Source: Octopus sinensis (taxonomy: Eukaryota). Taken from it: a DNA stretch of 64,000 nucleotides. The stretch lies in NCBI RefSeq assembly GCF_006345805.1, contig NC_043009.1:60388001-60452000 (forward strand), read 5' to 3'. The translations under genes and the position numbers were made by a program. The notes under the pieces are model-generated. The model had not been told where the DNA came from and searched no databases. It saw only the letters and a list, made by a program, of their open reading frames with translations. Below, in pieces: positions 61,466 through 64,000 of this stretch. Every line of letters begins with the position of its first letter. Position 1 is the first letter of the stretch.

Positions 61466-62120
61466 CTAGTACCGAATAATCGCCGCCTCTTTCGCTATAG
61501 CAACCACTACAAGGAAACAGACCTTACCTTCTCTGTTCAGTGAGGTAGGTGGAACAATGTTTATGACTGACTCGGACGACAGCTGTACTCTTCCAAGACG
61601 TGACAGCAGTCGTTCGACGTAAGCCCACAGCTCTGAAATCCTCGAACACTGCACAAATGCTTGCGGAACAGTTTCACTGTCCCTCCCACATCTTGGGCAG
61701 GTGGGTGAGCATGAGGTACCATGCCTTGCGAGTTTATCGTGAACTGGTAAAGTTCCTCGGTAACACTGCCAGCTTAGCGACGTCTGGAAGTTGTCCAGAG
61801 ATCCCGGCCCGAATGTCCTTTGCAACAGGCTGGCTAGTTGGCCTTCGTCGAAGCCCAGGGTTTCTCCCAGAGTCTTATCACACTTGGTCTCTACAAACCC
61901 TCCATAGAATGACGAGGTGGAACCCACGCTACCAGCATTGACCGTGCAGCAGAAGAGCAAGAGTGCCGAACGATCGAGTCGATGTTGCTGTATAACGCTG
62001 TGATCTAACCGTGAAAGATCGGGCCCAGCCCGGCCACCGCAAAAACCGTCACCAGACACCGATGGTCAACCCTATCAAAAGTTTTAACCTGGTTTAAATG
62101 TACAAGCACCCCACATAGCA
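61466..62120 (-). mobile_element. Tx1/L1-clade RT and zinc-binding C-terminal fragment (pseudogene)
   Basis: LVHLNQVKTFDRVDH and WQCYRGTLPV...CPRCGRDSETVPQAFVQC motifs. Confidence 0.75.
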
Positions 62121-62127
62121 TATACGA

Positions 62128-63470
62128 TGGAGATTCAGCCACTCTGCTTGGCTGGGTGGGATCAGTGATCACCAGTGAGAAAAGAGTTCGGACGAAAGGT
62201 GCCGTGGTGATGGTGAAGCGCCGTCTAGGAGTTCTGGGAGAATTGATTGCCAAGTTCGGACTGAAGCTGAACGTGGTTTTCGTGCCTTCGAAGAGAAACA
62301 GGGCAGATGCACTGACCAGGGTGAAAAGGGCGCGGTTGGAGGAACCGGAGGAGGCAAAGAAAGGGATAGCTACGGAGTATCAGTTAGATGACTCCGAACT
62401 GAAGAGACTACACGCTGTGCATCACTTGGGTGTGAACAGGACTCTGTATGTCGCAAAGATGATTGATGCTGACATCACTATGAGAAGCATCCGGAAAGTG
62501 GACGGGAACTGCGATAGGTCTCAGTCCATTGACCCTGCTCCGTGTGGGCATGAGCAAGGAAACCTTTCGATGGAGCAGAACTGGAAGAGACTAGCTGTGG
62601 ATGTGATGCACTACTGTCAGGGAATGTATCTCTCCATGGTCGACTGCAGGCCGGGCCGGCTGGCCATTTGGAGGGAGTTGAGGACGGGCGTTACTGACGA
62701 GATTTTGAACAGGATATTTTTAGAGAGGGGTCCCGTGGAAGAATTGCTAATGGACAACGAGGCGGCGTTTCGTTCGGAAGCGTTGAGGGATATGCTCGAC
62801 CGGTGGAAGTGCGTCGCTTGTTCAGAGCAGCGTATAGGCCGAGCGGTAATGGAATCGTAGAAAGGCACCATCGGATAGTAAAGGCCATTGCGGAAAGAGG
62901 GCACATTTCACCGCTGGAAACAGTTTTCTGGTACAACATGTCTCCCCGATCCGGACAAGCTGAAGAATCTGTGCCACACAGAGCACTATTTAAATACAAA
63001 TGGAGGCATCCGAGTAAAGCGCTGGAGTGTCACGAGGAAGCGAAGGGACCCCCTGCATGAAAATAGGGGAGGAAGTCTGGGTTAAGCTACCGAAAGCTCG
63101 CTGTACGTCTCAATGGAGCAGAGGAATGGTGACGGCAGTCAATTCCAGAAACAACGTCTCCGTGGATGGAATGCCGCGACACGTCTTGGACCTTCGCAGG
63201 ATTGTCGCTTCGTTGGATGACGATTATGGAGAGGAGGAGAACGAGGTGCCTAGCCTGAGAAGATCTCGACGTGCAAGGTGCCCCCAGTTGGATGATGGAC
63301 TTCGACATGGAGTAGAGGGAATGTGATCTTTAAGATCAGGGTGGCATGTGGGATGACGTCAGCAGCTGGGGAGCTGACTGGAAGAGAAGGGGCACAGCGG
63401 TGACGCGTGCGCAGGCAGGAGACGATTGGGCATTTTCGATCGGGGAAACTGACAGTGCTTGACATGTGAG
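62128..63470 (+). mobile_element. Gypsy-type pol fragment (RNase H end, HHCC, integrase core) with polypurine tract and start of 3' LTR at 63322
   Basis: FVPSKRNRADALTR, HAVHHLGVNRT, WKRLAVDV, LLMDN and SGNGIVERHHR motifs; GGAGTAGAGGGAA then TGTGATC. Confidence 0.85.
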
Positions 63471-63990
63471 CGCTTCGACAAGGTTAGGGAAAGCAGCTGC
63501 TATTTTTAGCGTTCGGGTCGGGCCACATGGAAGGGTGCATTATCACCGGGGAGGTCTGCGTCAACGAAGAGAAGGTAGGTGTCTTATTTCAAATCTCCTG
63601 CATACACCACAGGGGAATCATTTGGGTGTCGTGTGTGTCTGCAGGGGGTGGGAGAGAGATTTTTCTTGTTGGTGCTAGGTTAGAATTGGTGATTTTCCTT
63701 TATGGTACATTTTTTTGGTTACCGTATCCCAATCTTTCCAATGTTTCATTGTTTACGGGAGCTTGGGAATTTCTTTCCTGCGCTGGAGTTTTAGAAGCTT
63801 CTACGTTTCGAGTGGGGCACTGTGCTCTTATGTAGCCCTTTTCGCCACATTCAAAACAACGAGGCCTTCTCCCCTCGATTATGACACGCAATGTGGTTTC
63901 TCACTGATTATATTTTCTGCTATCTCACCTAAATGTTGAGATTCAGCTTGAATTATTATCTCAAGTCCTTGGCCTTTCTAGTTTTGTTGT
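63470..63990 (-). mobile_element. Tx1-like ORF1 fragment with zinc knuckle
   Basis: RVIIEGRRPRCFECGEKGYIRAQCP (CCHC-like, H replaced by Y). Confidence 0.65.
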
Positions 63991-64000
63991 TCAATCAGGG

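Overview
Eukaryotic, repeat-saturated genomic DNA, about 35% GC. The SINE and RTE repeat families resemble those I recall from octopus genomes, so a cephalopod origin is an inference, not a database result. There are no prokaryotic features, rRNA, true tRNA or CRISPR arrays, and most ORFs in the supplied track are translations of microsatellites or SINEs. Recognisable transposon coding remnants: an RTE LINE (26318-29860, minus), an older RTE (about 15430-18190), an uninterrupted 484-aa R4/Dong RT-CCHC-RLE ORF (36479-37933) embedded in (TAA)n, a full-length but frameshifted mariner (47018-48297), a degenerate CR1/L2-group LINE, CRE-like RLE fragments, and a Tx1-like element interrupted by a Gypsy pol fragment. 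Two solo LTRs with 4-bp TSDs, TTAA piggyBac-type MITEs, Helitron-like non-autonomous elements and four tRNA-derived SINE families are also present. Two things stand out. (1) A chain of 13-27 nt micro-exons on the + strand (2597-15084) splices into one open frame ending ...DRSILYADEHEHLPLSSLSADSYQDLNNMEMNI*; it appears to have grown by an old exon-cassette duplication and a near-identical 2.97-kb tandem duplication. (2) About nine different Penelope-type terminal-repeat remnants, most of them palindromic, carry minimal hammerhead ribozyme motifs that together show C3:G8, U3:A8 and G3:C8 versions of the core tertiary base pair.
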